From Epiperipatus broadwayi (Eukaryota > Animalia > Onychophora), in assembly GCA_028023455.1 (NCBI GenBank), contig JAQFVV010000007.1, positions 8,928,001 through 8,992,000 on the forward strand: a DNA stretch of 64,000 nt, written 5' to 3'. The position numbers and the translations under genes were made by a program. The stretch's first letter is position 1, and each line of letters begins with the position of its first letter. Shown piece by piece: positions 1 to 15,238 of the stretch. The notes beneath the pieces were generated by a model, which saw only the letters and a list, made by a program, of their open reading frames with translations, ran no database searches and was not told the origin of the DNA.

Positions 1-3000
1 TTTAAAAAAGATTATAACATTTTTTTCTTTACATTGGAAAAGTTGATTTTTTAAAAAATGCTTCTCAAGTAAACAAAACTAAATTATAAATTATCTTTAT
101 TTAATATGCATGATTCTATTTTCAAACATTAGGATGGCATTTGAAATAATTAAAAAAAGAATGCTAAATACTTAAAAATAATAAATATAACAAATTTTTA
201 TAACAAACACTTTTATTTACTATTACTGTGGATTAAAAGGTTATAAAATAATTTTTTTTAACTGCAATTGGATTTTATATTTAACTATAAATAAAAGCAT
301 GGGGGGGATTATTTAAGTAAATCAAGCTTTTATTTCTAATTAAATATAAAATCCTAATTGTGGGGGAAGAAACAATTTTTTTCTGGCTTTTTAGTCCACA
401 GTAACAGTAAATAAGTGTTCATTATAAATATTTTATGTTCTTATTATTTGGTCTACTAATTACCATTTTACCAATAATATTGAGTATTGTTTCATTAACA
501 TTAATAATGCAACTTATTTTTAAAAATTTATTTTTAATTAATGATAAATAATCATATGAACTAATTTTTGGTTGCTCAAAAACATTTTAACAAGATGAGA
601 TAAGCTGTAGTTATATTACTTTAAAGCATATATCATAAAAAATAGAATAATCAATGCCTTTCATGGTTTAAGCAAGTGATGGAGTAATTGACTCAAATAA
701 TATTATTGTCTCAAATAACAACCTGCATTTCTGATGCTTAAACACCACCCTAGTTTCTAAGCAATGAATAATTTCAATTATTTTTTTAAATATTAGCTAA
801 CTGAAATTTTAAAAATTTATTATAATTGTAATTTAACCTTTTCACTGGTTATTCCGGACACAAAAGGGTGCCTTATCCACTCCAATTGTGAACTGATATA
901 CTAGTAACAGTCATTCAATAAATCACCCTTTCTCTTGGAGTAGTCTATTAAGTTAAAACATTTATATTATAGTTTTTTTATTTCTGTACATAGAGTGCAG
1001 GACTAATTAGGTAATAAGCAATGTTTATACAGAAAGTGGATTTTTTTTTTTATGCTGCATTTGGACAAAGATAAAAGGTATATAGACTTAAAGCATGGAG
1101 TTGACAAAGATTATGTTATGGAAATGTCATGGAGTGGATAGAGAAGAATATGGGAAAAACTTAGGGTAGGGAATGGAAAGGGAAGGTAAAGTGGCTAACA
1201 GGTTTCTCTGGGCATGGTGTCAGAGATTTCTGACTCTGAAAAAGGAGATGCCACAGTGCATTGCATCGCATCAATGTTCTAATTCAATTGCTCCTCCCAG
1301 AGAACATCAGGGATTTTTCACATTGTGTTTGGCAAGAAAAAAACTTTATTTGAAAACTCTTTTTTTTTGCAAATATATTTGTAATTATTAATAATAATTT
1401 TTATTAATAAAAATGAAATACATGCAATTTTTATATACACTGAAAAAAAAATTTTAAAGGTTCAAACAACTCACAAGTAAAAAAGAAAGCAATGATTAAA
1501 AGATCAGTTTGTACATATTTTTTTTTATTTCTCAGTATAAGTTAAATGCATAATAAAATTAAAATTTATTTAATTTTTAAAATACTTATATAATCTTTTA
1601 ATATTGTAACAAAACCTCCCTTTCTTATTGACCAGTTGGGATATATACATATATTTATAATCGCCCATATACATATGCATGAATTTATTATTTATGAGAA
1701 CATGTAAAATACGCATTTGTATATATTTGCACTATAACAAAACCTCCCTTTTTGATTCTAATCTATGACAATAAAATATAAATAAATTTCCCAATGGGTA
1801 TTTATGGATATCCAGCAGATTCCATGCACCAATCTTGTATAAAATAAGAATTGCATGAAGGGGATACACTAATGATAAGTAATTTGATATAAATAACTAA
1901 AGATTAGAAAGGTTTGACCATCAACTATTCAGACTCAGGTCAGATAGCATTATTGCTGGGAGCAGATGTGAGTTGGGAAATAATCACCCTCATATTTCAG
2001 TACCTCTTGGGACTCGAGGATCAATCTACATATAAACCTCGTAAATGGCTACGAGTACATATAATAAAAGAAAACAACATAACCACAATCTATAATATAT
2101 GATTTAATGGCTAACAAATCTATCATAAGTTTACTAACTACCGTTAATTGATAATTTTATTATATATGAGTAAAGAACAAATTTATTATAAGTTTACATG
2201 AAATTAATACTCTGCAGTTTCGAGAAACACGTACACCATCATACATACAATCTACATTTAAAATAAGGTTTAACAGTCGAGAAGAGATTGAAAAAGAATC
2301 CCCCCCCCCTTGTCTCTTTTTAAAATATGTAAAGTTTCTTATTGTTATTTCATAACTCTTAGTTGAGTTTAAGATGTGACATCAGCTATAACCAGCAATA
2401 TGAACTTGCACAAATTATTATTTCTTATTCTTTTATTTTCTTTATAACGTCTAAAGAATCTGTTAAAAAATTTTGATTGAAATTGATATAAAAGTTAATA
2501 TTACCTGCCTTTCCCCAGGGAGCTCATAGAATGAAAACATATTTTATATTTGGACATGAATACATGTAAATATATGACAACACGTTGGTTCCTTCTTCAT
2601 TTTAACAATCTCGCTTTCCTGAACTTTTGATCATGGTGGTAAATCTTCATCCAATGAGGCCGATTCTTTCAAAACAATCATAGCAGCATACAATTAGCTG
2701 GGGCCAGGATTTGAGACTGACACATTAGATGTTCTCCACCTCATTTCCATTTTGACCATGATGTGTAAAAATTATATTAATCTTCACTATGTTAATTATA
2801 TCTCTCTACTTATACTTCACTCTCTGCAGGGACAAGACCATGAGCATTCTGGATCCTTTCCTTTTATACCCCACTGTATTCTTTCTAGAAAGTTCATTGG
2901 TTTTCTATTTCCTGTTCTTGTTTTATGCCCAACCGGATTCTTGTAGAGACACGTGAAAGTTTTTTAACACCTTTCAAATTCATTTGTTTTTAGAAATTTC

Positions 3001-4322
3001 CGTGCTTCTCGCAAAACAAAAAAAAAACATACAGAAGAAAATATAAAAAAACCTCATCTCTCCCTTCCCAACAGTTAAACCTATCCATGCACACATCCAT
3101 AACCTGTACATTCATCTATGTTTTGAAACAACAGAGTATACCCCCCCCTTTTTCTGATATATATATACCTTTAACAATTCTCACTACACAATAATAAAGA
3201 GAAAAAAACTAACTTAAATTTAAGATCACTAAAAAAATTCAAGTCATGTCTACACATGCTGACCACTACATTTTTTTCTTGTTGTGACCAGGTTTGAACG
3301 TATTCTATCACAATATGCCTTTTTAAACTGAAGGCTACATATATAAAAATTAAAACTAACATTTAACCCACTTCTTAATTATGTTTAATCTTAAGTGAAA
3401 AAAAGAATCATTATAGAAAAAAATAAAAGATTATAAATTTCTAACCTGGAGTCTATACTTCAGAGACCAAATTATTTAAAACAACAATTAGATAAAATAA
3501 ATTGTTAGATTGTTATTTATTATGTTATTCTCTCTTTATATCAATTATACTCTAATTATCAAAACAATATTCCCAAAAATATTGCAAAGACATATAAAAC
3601 ATAAACGTTGTATAAGTGAAAGGTAAAAGAAATTTAACAATTTGTTTTAAATCATTGATACTATATTTTTGATACATACATTGATAAACAGATAATTTAT
3701 TACAGATTATTCTTAAAAACTACATTTTCCTTTTTTTAGCAATTAAGAATATATTATAAAGCAAATAAATACAAAAAATAATCAGTAAAGTAACCAAATG
3801 ATTTATAATTCAAAAGTTGGTACAAAGATCAAGAACTGGAGGTGACCATTGGGCTGCAATGCTGTAAACCAACTGAGCAAAGTAATCAATGAACTCATTA
3901 CATAAAAAATTACCAAAGAGCTACATATCAGAAAATAATATTTATCAAATGAAATTGAGCTAAAACATCAAATATCAGAATTTAAAATAATAAGACAGTT
4001 TATCACTTATAATTCCTAGACACTAACAGTAAAATTTCTCATCAAATAAATTTGAAAAATTAGCAATACATTATAGAAACAAATACCTATTTCAAATACA
4101 ATGTAATCTGAAAAATAAAACGTATAATAATAAACAAAATATCATTGTGTTTCAAAATAAAAATAAACAAAGCAAATTATAATAAAAAAAATATTGATGA
4201 CTATTTATTATGCAAAGACTGACTTATCATAACACTATATGCAAGAGAAGTTTGTTTTAAAACATTCATTGGTGTGATAATATGTTGCACTATTTTCATC
4301 ATCTATCATTAAATGTTGAATG

Positions 4323-4610
4323 TCGAGAATAACTCAATTGATTAGAGTGTTGCCTTAAAATTCAATATTCAAGATTGTAAAGGTTTAAGTTTGACTCCCA
4401 TATTAATTTTGCACTGGTCAGACCAGCAAAACCTGAAGAGTGAAGATAAATATCACTCAAAACCTTTGAGTAATCTATCAACCTGTGTTGTCTATCTGTG
4501 TATTACTATTAACAGTTGTTTGTATGTGAGAAATTTAAATAAAGTTTAAAATTTTCTAAACATTGAACATTTAATGGTAGATGGTAGAAACAGTTCAACA
4601 TATTATCACA
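4323..4610 (+). mobile_element. Decayed copy of tRNA-headed SINE-like family C
   Basis: AACTCAATTGATTAGAGTGTTGCCTTAAAATTCAA...CACTGGTCAGACCAGCAA aligns with the better-preserved copy at 59862-60125. Confidence 0.65.
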
Positions 4611-7339
4611 TCTAATATATAACATCATCACTAACATTCCGGAAAATTTGTTGGTATGTTTTTTACACATTATTCATGTCATTTGGTAGAGTATTCTTTT
4701 ATCAGTTGATAACAAAAAATGGTTTTTCATTATTAATTTCTTGAACTACAAGTTGCATTTTCCCACTAATCATGTTTCTATAATGTGAAATATACTTCTA
4801 TTTAGTCAATCTCATGTCAGCTAATTTTAGGACAACATTGCAGAAAAGTATTTGCTTAGATCTAACATGTGATTTCATGATTATAATCTTTTATTATGTT
4901 CAGCTTTATGGACAATATTTATGGCAAGCCTTTATAAAAGTTAGAATAAAAAATATGTATTTGTTTATAATTTTTCCATTATTCATGTAGACTTTTTTTA
5001 TAAAATGCAAACATTTGTTGTTTCATTGAATGTTACTTTGTCTATCACAAAATTTGTTTCTTATAAGAGTCTTTTTGATTAATAATATTTACTTTTTGAG
5101 TTATCTTTAAGAAAATGATGCATTTTAAAATAAATATGTATTTATTCAATTATAAAAATAAACGAATTATGATTAAATATTTTGACTTGATTTCCCATCT
5201 TTAATTGTTAAGTTTAATATTTGGCCACATTAGCAAAGGAATTGTTTATTGAAGAAGTCTGTGTGTATGCACACATAGAGCTTCATGATATTTATTTCAA
5301 CATAATATAAACCTAGGGTGATAGATTGAATAGCTAATTTTTCACCCTCTTTATTAAAAAAATAATATATATATGCAGGTATGTGTATGATTGAATGATA
5401 GGGTGCATATATGTATTGTTAACATTAAAATGCATTTCAGTTATATATTTGAAAAAAAAAATGTTTTTGTTTTGTTTTGTATCTATATTTTTTCTAAAAA
5501 AAAAAATAGAAAAATAAGTTGACTCATTTTGCAATTAACAGATTTTACTTATTGGATGGCTAAACATTTAGCTAAAATCAAGAATTCTATAAGACTTTTA
5601 TAGAACTTGGAAAAACACAGTTCCATTGGGATACAAATTACTTCTCTTTGGGGGCAGTTAAGTTTTCTTTTTTTTTTTTTTTCATATGTCATAGCATCAT
5701 GCCAGGATGCAAACCCATAACCATCTGCAACCAACTACTTGCTTGCAAGGTAGTTGTGATAACATCTCGACTAACAACGCTTGACCAGTTAAGTTTTCTT
5801 ACCTGATCTTTATGATAAGGTTTCACAGATTTGTGCAAATCAAGAATTAGTCAATTGGTGTATTTTCTTTTTCAACAAAGTTGGATCTGGGGAATTAATG
5901 AAAAATATTTTTTTAAAAAATAAAAAAGATGAGAAAAACTCTAGAAATATAGCTGGAATGGTTGGCATCATATGTTATTCCTTGGTTTTACTGAGTAAAT
6001 TTTTTTTAGATTTGATAGGTATATAAATACTGGGTTATACTTTTCTTTATATCTGTTGTACTACTGAGTGTAAGCAGATTTCATGCTAGTTTTCACATAT
6101 TACCATGGCTTGTGAGTAGAAGCAAGTTAGCCTTCTCTTTTTTGGATGATCTCTGGGGGAGACAGTACATCTGTGGTGTGGAGAAAACCTATCAATTCCA
6201 TGATGATGCTGCCAAAAAGGAAAGAATGTATCAGCTTCAAATCCAGTCCTTTCCTGTGTCCAGTAAATCAAGAGCCTGCCCAGAACAAAATTTTAACCTG
6301 TTATAAGATAGTTGCACCATCCTGCCTTATCAATGTCATCATCAAACAGACTCCAATGCAAGTATGAACTTTTAACCTTTAAAGATAAAATATTTTAAAT
6401 GCCGCCTATAAAACTCTATAATATCTCAATTTAAATCTCTCAGACTCAGAACTACTTTGGAATCAAACCTTGACTCCAAAGGAAGATGTAATTAAAAGAA
6501 AACATTAATTTATATATAAGTGTAGTAACTCTTTGATAACAAATCAGTCTATGTCAGAATTTAATTTCTAATCATTAATGGCACAAAATTCTGTAAACTT
6601 TATAACATCGATTTTTTTTTAGTATTTCTTTTAAAGTATGCCATGTCACTTTTCTTTAGTTATATATATATCTTATTGATTAATATTATCGATATTATAT
6701 TGATATGCCAACTCACAAGTATTGGAGGAATGATATTTTAATGTTTAATAAATTAAGGCCTAAATTGTTGGTTTTGTCTCCAATCTTCCTAAATCATTCG
6801 TCCAAATTCTTGTAAGTTAAAATTTTGTTATTTGTTTGTTTAAAAAAAATAAGTAAAGCAAATATTTTAATTAAAACATGCAACCTACTTATATATATAT
6901 GTAGTCAAACCAATACCTCATTAACAAAATTAATAATAAATGAGGGCTGAAAATTATCATTTAAGTCAATCATCTCTTTAGTTTATATTTGGTTGAAATT
7001 TTTTATGGCAATTAAATGAAATAATCTATAAGTGCATATTTACATATTAAAAGAAATAATCATTTTTTTTTTTTTACTTAAATGTAAAACGGGCAATGTT
7101 ATTTATTATGAAAGTAAGTGTTTATCCTGCTATATCTATTTAATGATGCATACATTTAGGGGGAAGTACTCTGTTTTAGCAGACATATCTTATTGCCTCC
7201 TTAGCGATTTACTATGATAATTCGTAATTAAGCTTTATATTTAAGTTCATGGGCATTTTATAGCCTATAAAATATGGTTATCCTGATTTCCACATCATTT
7301 CTTGTTTTATTAAATTTTAAATACAGGCTTAAATATCTA

Positions 7340-7720
7340 TTCAAGTATGAGTTAGTGCCTTTTAAGTATATCAGTGCTACTTGGTAAAATAATCTGTGCC
7401 TACGTACTATCAATAAACGAATATATGTCATGTAATGATATGCAAACTGCCAGATGGATATTTTACCGGTACTGGAGAGAGCTATATTTTTGAGCCGATA
7501 AATGGGTACTCTATGATGATAAAAGTCATAACCCAAGCCTTCAGTTTCCTGCACATACCATGCCAAGGTGGATGTGTCTTCATAGGAACATATATTTTTT
7601 TTATTACATGATAATGGAGATTGATCTATCCAGCCAATGCCAATAATAATGTAGCCAGCACAGAATTCAACTCCAAATACCACTGACTTCTATAATTAGG
7701 TTTATTAATCATGCCTGTTA
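7340..7720 (-). pseudogene. Possible decayed DIRS-type retrotransposon RNase H remnant
   Basis: Minus-strand translation across frameshifts gives YLELNSVLATLLLAL...SYEDTSTLAWYV...IWQFA...TDILKR. The motif order resembles the DIRS RNase H pattern (LELxAV, DNxTAVAY, IW, ADxLSR). Similarity is weak and judged by eye. Confidence 0.3.
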
Positions 7721-8028
7721 GTAATGTTGTGTAGGATGGATAAACCATGTCTATAATGTAATTAATAATAAAGGGAGCTAGAATTATACTTTGTTCCATA
7801 ACTCCTGCTGGGATTAATAAAATAAATATAATAATAAACAATACTTAACTTTCCCTATGAATGTAAGTATGCACATCAACTTGTTATATATATATATATA
7901 TATCCTCTAACTTAGTCTATTATATATATATATATATATCCTCTAACTTAGTCTATTATATAGCCAGGTATTGGACTAACTCTTGACAATTGGCATATTC
8001 ATTTTATAGTGGTATATTTCATGGTCAA

Positions 8029-8362
8029 ATTAACATATAGTTCATTTGTAATGCTCATACACATATACTGATATACAAATGTTATCATTATTAACATATA
8101 GTTCCTTTGTAATACTCATACATGTATCACACTGATACCCAAATATTGTTATCATTATTAATTTCTAGTTCATTTGTAATGCTCATACACATATCATACT
8201 GATACATAAATGCTGTTATCATTATTAACACACAGTTCCTTTGTAATGCTCATTCACGTAACATACTGATATTTAAACATTGTTGTCATTATTAGCATAT
8301 AGTTCATTTGTAATGCTCATACATGTATCATCATGAGATCCAAATATTATCATTGTTAACCT
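8029..8362. repeat. Minisatellite, ~66-bp unit x5
   Basis: ATTAACATATAGTTCATTTGTAATGCTCATACACATAT..CTGATA...TGTTATCATT recurs five times with substitutions. Confidence 0.9.
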
Positions 8363-9645
8363 ATATCCTATTGAATTTGTTGTTAATAAATATACATATT
8401 TATGTTCATACATTCGTCATGTCTTTCTCTGGTTCACCACATCCACCCAGCTATACCACACTTAATTAAGTGATTTATGAGTCTATTCAAAACTGCTGAA
8501 GTATATAAAAAATGATATTCTAAGTATTGTCAAAGTAATAGATTCTTATGGGAGCTGGTTAGTATATGATCAAATTAATTTAGTAAATAAGTCATGACTA
8601 AGGCTGAGTTTGAATCTGTAGAGTCCTTGTTTCACCCTGATCACTGGGACTGAAAGAAATTGATTACTATTAGTAGCATCAGAAGCATTGATCAGATAGT
8701 GGAGATTTTGTAGCACTGGCAAATGAATTAAAGCTTAGTACTGTTCTGCGACTATCATATCCCAAACATGCTGGGTTTGATATACTTTTGCAAGGTCTCT
8801 GAATCTTGTTGGCTGAACACATGATTCTGACCATTACATTACATATGTATTCAATTTGAGTGTTCAGCATTAACAATAACACACGTCAAGGTATTGGAAG
8901 TAGCAGATGTAAATGTCATTTTGTATTGGCTGGACACTTTGCTAAAAGGCTAGTGCATTGAAATTAGAAACATTTGAAAAGAGAGTTGTCCATGTTTACA
9001 TTTAGTTTAAAATGTTATATTGATCAGTTATTTTGCATGTGATTATAGATTATTAATTCACAATGGTTATAAAAGGAATAGAAATTATCTCTACTTTGTG
9101 AAATGTAATATTAGGCCATTTTGAAAGATGTTATGCATACATCTGAAATAGATTTGTGATTGAGCCTCAATAATATCATGTGTCAAATTTATTCCCTTTA
9201 TAAGATCAGAAATAGCATACATAAATAGTCATTTTACATTTATTGCACTTTGGCAAATAAGCTGACACATTGACACTAATAGCGTTTGGAATAGTGGTCA
9301 TTCCAGTATTTTCAAATTTTGTTTCACAGACTCATTCTAATAATTTTAAAAGTTAGACAGACCTTAAATGATTTTTATGGGTATATAACATTATAACTTT
9401 TTGGCTTGTTTTCTCTTACCACTAGTATATTTTAAAAATATTTGTGTTTTGTTTTCATCCTCAGAAACAAACATAATAAAACAGCTAAGTAAAATAAAAT
9501 AATTTGAAATTTAAATATACCTAATAGTCAATAATCTTATATTTAACTATAAAATATCATGACTCTATCTTATATATTGCTATTTACCAGCATTCTGTTT
9601 TTCCTCTATCAATGGTTATGCCACCTAATGTAAACTTTAGTAAAC

Positions 9646-9726
9646 AATAAATGCTAGATGATAGTGCTTAATAAATATGCTGATACTGGATGAGAATTTA
9701 TTAAGCATTATCATCTGGCATCTATT
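9646..9726. repeat. Hairpin, 31-bp arms with 19-nt loop
   Basis: 9646-9676 is the reverse complement of 9696-9726 with one mismatch and two G-U-compatible differences. The right arm resembles family A sequence (34135-34160, 55770-55805). Confidence 0.9.
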
Positions 9727-12700
9727 ACTTACTGAAGCTTACATCAGATGGCATAATAGTAATGGAAGAAAAAAACTGTAGGACTAGCTACAAGATTTTT
9801 CCTTTTTTAAATGCCATGGGTTGTTGTCATTTATTTGTTATGGCTTTTTGTTAAGAGTTTGAATGATAAATAGAGATTATAATTATTATTTTTATACACA
9901 AAATAAAATATCTAATTAAAATGTGATGATTTTGAAACTTAATTTTAATATCCTAATCCATCAACATATCAAATGTTTATTATTGATAGATACCAAAATA
10001 ATGTTTCTTAGAGTGTCCATTAAAAATATTTTATTATATGGGAAATCATACCAGAACAGTCTCTTCACAAACTTTCAGATCATTTCAGGGCTTAGTATCA
10101 ATCATGAGATAACGTTAACATGAGTTATATGTGAGTGTACATCCCACACAGGAGATTTAAAATATACTTAATGCTTAAATTTGTTAATGGTTTGGTTTAT
10201 ACTCATTAATAACAATTGTGTACGCACATATAGAATACTAAAACTGCAATTATTAAAAATAAAATGTTTCCAATGACTAATTTGTCTATACATCACTCTA
10301 TATTGTAACAGTAGCTGGGTTCAAACCCTGTTACAAGGGAGTCACAAAATATTTATTCCCCAGCAGCCTAGAGAAGTGTGAGGCCCATAAATTGGCTCAA
10401 TGTGTGACTACATATATAAAGAATCTTATATATATATATGCCGAAGAGAGGGATAAAGTTCGAAAGTTTTTTTTTATTTAAAAAAAAGAAGAAAAAAAAG
10501 AGAGAAAGATATATATAGTTATAGTGGTTTGTTTTAGAATACATTCAGAAAAATATGTGTTAATAAATTGTGGAAATGCAGTTATATGCAAATATATAAA
10601 TTATTTTTTTGTATTATTACTTATTTCAAATGTATATTTTTCTTTGGTTTTATCATACATAGTATTTTAATGAGAATAATGAAAGAACTTTGATATATCT
10701 ACCTTGAGGCAATTTTGTGTCTTTTGTCCCATTACTTGACCACTCTAAATTCCATGAAATCCTAAGTAAATGTACAGTGAAAAAAAAGAAACCTAAAGGA
10801 AAATTGTTAAAAGCATGCCTGAGAAACAGAGATCTCAATGCTGATAAACTATTTTGAAAAAAAAAAAAAAAAGAATTGGAGCCAGAGAGAGTAAGAGTGT
10901 TTTTCAGACAGAAATGTTGTATTAATATTGTTCTCTTTTTGTTAAGTTTACTGGTGTGGCTATACTCGCATTTTATGAAAAGTCCTTCAATCAACCGTCT
11001 TGAGAAGAAAATAGATTTAACAATATCAACTTATATAATCTCTATAATCATAATGCTGGGGTAGAACAAATATGTGTAAGGTGATCACCCTAAGCTCCAA
11101 AAATGCTTGCCCATCCAAGAACCCTAAGGATCCTACCAATATGCCGCTAAAATAATCCAGGAAGGAATGAATCTTGAACCATATACATTAAGAAAGCTTT
11201 CAATAAGCCGTCATTATTTTCTATATCCAAGCAATACCACAAAATGGATGGTCATGCTGGACTTTTGTCATTAACAGAAATTTTTTCATTCATCGACAAT
11301 AAAGGATATATAGATTTCATTTGGATCATTGAAACAAGCTTATGTGGAAATAAACTTATCCCTAATAAAAATAAAATCCAGGGTACTCCAAGGTAAATAT
11401 GACTTTATTGTCTTAAGTGAACTGAAAATTGCCTTTCCTTAATCTCTAAAGGTTTAATCATTGTTTAAAACTATGTAATTTAATCTGTAACATATAAATG
11501 CATTCTTTCACATGCTGTTTAATTATATGGTCTTTTATATTTAATAAATTTCGTTTTTTTCTTTTACGTTATCATTGATATGTAAATTATATTTTTTTTT
11601 CTCTTTTTTTCCAATATTTAATTAGGTGGAAAAATAATAAAATTATATTACTTCAAAACAAATTATTTGTCTATGATTAATAAACATATTTATCACTTAT
11701 ATTGGCCTAGTTCCCTTCCTGGCAGTATATCTCTCAAAGAGAGTTGAGTATGCTTTTCTGAGTAAGCAATTGTATTAAACATGCTTTTAAACTCCAAACC
11801 ATAAATTTGATAAGGAAATAGATTGCAAATTGAGGGAATAAATGTTTAGAAATAGGGAGTTCAAAGTAGCTAATTTTAAATGGCACGCGATCTAATTTGA
11901 GAAGCATAGAAATCAAAAAAAAATTGTTCCAAATACGCAAAGTTATCCATTTACCTCTGTTCAACCTGATGGGTATTGTTATCTTCCAGCCCTGAGATTT
12001 GAGCTAGCTAAGGGGCCATCACCTAATTAGCGATAGTTCTAAGATTATTTAGATAGGAAAAGTATAATTCTTATGGTATTAGTAGGATTGGTGCTTGAGG
12101 TCAGTTATTAACTGACACTCATAAATATACTTTTCCGAAGAAATTGTTGTTCATCTTTTTAATGAGATAATGGCCACTAGGTAGATTTTTTGTTTTGTTA
12201 ACTTACATCCTTATATAGGATTTGTAAATTTTATTTCTTAAGATTTCATTAAAAAAGTGGATTCGTATTCGAACCCAATACGGTAGATAGTATTCAAATT
12301 CTATTTGCAGGTGTTATGGTGACTAGACAGCCATAGTTTTGTGTTTACTACCTTACATGGTCAACAGATCCAATTTTTTTTAAATATTTATACAAACAAT
12401 CAAATTGATACCGGGGTCGCCTGTTAAAATATGTATTTAAAATGTAGAATAGTGCATAAAAGCGCACGTACTACTGATAAACCCAAATTTGTGGATGTGT
12501 CTGTCTAATTTATACATGTTTGCAATAACCTACACAATTAAAACCAGCTGTAATAAGACATTGGTTTTGGATATTAATCTATTTCAATTAAAACTGTCTC
12601 AAATATTCAATGTATTAATATAATAGATAAGCAATTAAAAATGAAAGATGATTTCAAAGCCAATTTAAAGTAAATAGTTTATATTGACATTTGAGGAATG

Positions 12701-13856
12701 AAGAAAAGTTAGGCTAAATAGTATTTGATGCATAGTTATACTTCAAATTTAATTTTATATGTTATTTATTAATCTTTATATTTTATTGAACTTAAGTGAA
12801 TATTTAATCACTGGAAATGCTTTTTATCATTTATTTATTGTTAATAAAAAAAATTTTGATTGTTTAGTGCAAGTCCATATTAATTAACTTTCTGATTTAA
12901 TTATCAGAATAAATCTGTGTTAAATAGTAGTAAATAGAGTCTCATCTGTTTAGTAAATCTAGGTGCACAACTAAACATTTTCAATGGTGTGCAGAAATAT
13001 AAAATGAGAAAAAATATATATTGAGAGTAAAATTACTTATTGGCTGAGAGACCAAGGGTATCTAAAAAAGATAGGGGTAGGTTTTAACCATTTATTACTT
13101 TTAGTTATTCATAGTTAAATATTGGATATATTATTATTTTATGAATTAATAAACAAGAGAAATATTAATATTAAATGTGCATGTGTCAATGTTTACAAAT
13201 GTTTTGTCTCTAACAAAATACAATTCTAAGTCTATACTATCTGTTGTTTCAAAGAATGTTTGAATTACAGAAATTTAATAGATCCTAATGACTTGAATAA
13301 AAATTTAAATCTAATGATAAATTAGATATTGTTATTATTGAAATCCACTGCTGATAGCATTTATTCTCATTCCATTCTTCTGATTATTGTTTATCAATTG
13401 GCTTATCAGAAATCATCTTACTTCCAACCCTCTGTTGCCCATTATAATGTTATATAAATATTTATCTGAAATACTTTAATAACAAACTGTATGCCAAAAG
13501 AATAACATATGTGCCTAATCTATTGTTGGAGTATGTATATATGGAATTTGAAAAAAAAATTCAGTAAATACGTATATCAATCTTCCACATTGAGAAATTC
13601 CTATGGGAACTTTAAATAGGATTTCTTGATTGGTGATAATACAAATTTCTCAATGCAGAGGACTGATATGTATTTCCCAAAAATGTCTACAGTTTCATCT
13701 TTTAACTATGAAAAATCATTCTTTTATTTTGATAATTAAATATTAGAAATTTAATAAAAATTTTATATTAGCTTTACAAATAATTGTTTGACTATGATGT
13801 AATAAAGCAAAATATCAATTAAAAAGAGGCATTGCAAAATGCAATTATTTTATCTA

Positions 13857-13887
<31 letters not shown>

Positions 13888-15238
13888 CAATGAAATTATA
13901 ATGAGAATTTTCCCATGTAATAAACTAGATAAAACCTTTAGCTGTGATGAGACTAGGAATGATGAATCATGTGATCTATCAATTAACTTGTTATTTGAGT
14001 GTGATAGTTCGTAACTGTTATTTTCCTTAATATGTCATCTCTTGCCCATTTTTGGCTGTATTTTCTTTATTTCACTGCATTTTACCATTAAAATTGAACT
14101 TAATCTATAATAATATTTTAATTTCAAAAAAATCTGCAGAGATCAGTATTTTAGCCAAAAAAAAAAAATTGAATTTCTGTTGCTCTGTATGGTGTTTCAA
14201 AGAGCCAACTGTACACTTTCACCTTATATGGTGCTTGAAAGAGCTGACTATCATTCTCTGCCATTGTTAAGTAGGAGTGTCTAACTGTCATCGTCAGAAA
14301 TCATACACAAATTTTTTTATTCTTTCATAATAGATTTTAAACAAGAAAACATATATTTTCCATATTATTTATCACATGATCACCATTTTATATGCTTACC
14401 TATTATGTTAATGAGAGTATCAAACCATTGTATGAAAAGTTTGTATTCATATTTATTTATGTTTATAATAAACTTTTTACAATATATTGACTAATACTGT
14501 ACTTAAATACAGACCTTTATTCAAAAATATTTAATTTTTAAAAGAAGAATAATTAACACAAATGAATAACATTTGACCACTATTTGTAAATCAATGACAT
14601 TCGGTGACTGCAAGTAGAAAACATCTATTTTTCATAATTATTTATATGTTTATAATTATTTTTCACAATTTATTGACTAATAATATGGTTAGATTTACAT
14701 TTTTATTAATAAATATTTACTTTTAGAAGAAGGTAAGAGTAATGAATAATTAGCATTTCTACTTATAAGTCAAAAGAAATCAATAGTGACTACACATTGT
14801 AATTGGTTGGAAAATAATTATTTTGCTTTACTGCAGGCAATTTTGATAATTTTTCTTATATTTGTTTACAGTTGATGAATTTTATTTTAAATTTTTCATT
14901 ATATGTGAGCAATCTGAATATAAAATAATTCAATTTTTAGAAACTCAAAACAATTCTGATTATTTTACTTTAATATTTTTATGAATAAAAACACAGTTCA
15001 AGAATAAGAATAATCTAAGTTTTACTCAAACTGACAAATAAGAAAAATCGTCAGTAACAAGTTAACAACTTTGTGATCATATATTGAGCTTGACTATCTG
15101 TTTTAATTGGTAGTTCCTAGTTATATCCTAACAAAATGCTTTATTTAAGTTTAATGCATAGAAAACTTCCCATTAAAGTTTCAATATCTGCATCTTAGAT
15201 TTGTGAAAATCATAATGTTAACGTATTTATATAAACTT

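Noticed and set aside
1173-1391. 72-aa ORF in a purine-rich patch
   Set aside because: No recognisable motif or splice context; probably decayed repeat.
6086-6367. Three overlapping short ORFs in a GC-richer patch
   Set aside because: No convincing domain. A resemblance to a DIRS downstream region is too weak to call.
10304-10335. TGTAACAG...CTGTTACA 32-bp palindrome resembling fused LTR ends
   Set aside because: No TSD and too short to separate from chance or a SINE B-box remnant.
11040-11400. GC-richer stretch with a YLGVP peptide on the minus strand
   Set aside because: A single short RT-like motif with stops in all frames; not assignable.
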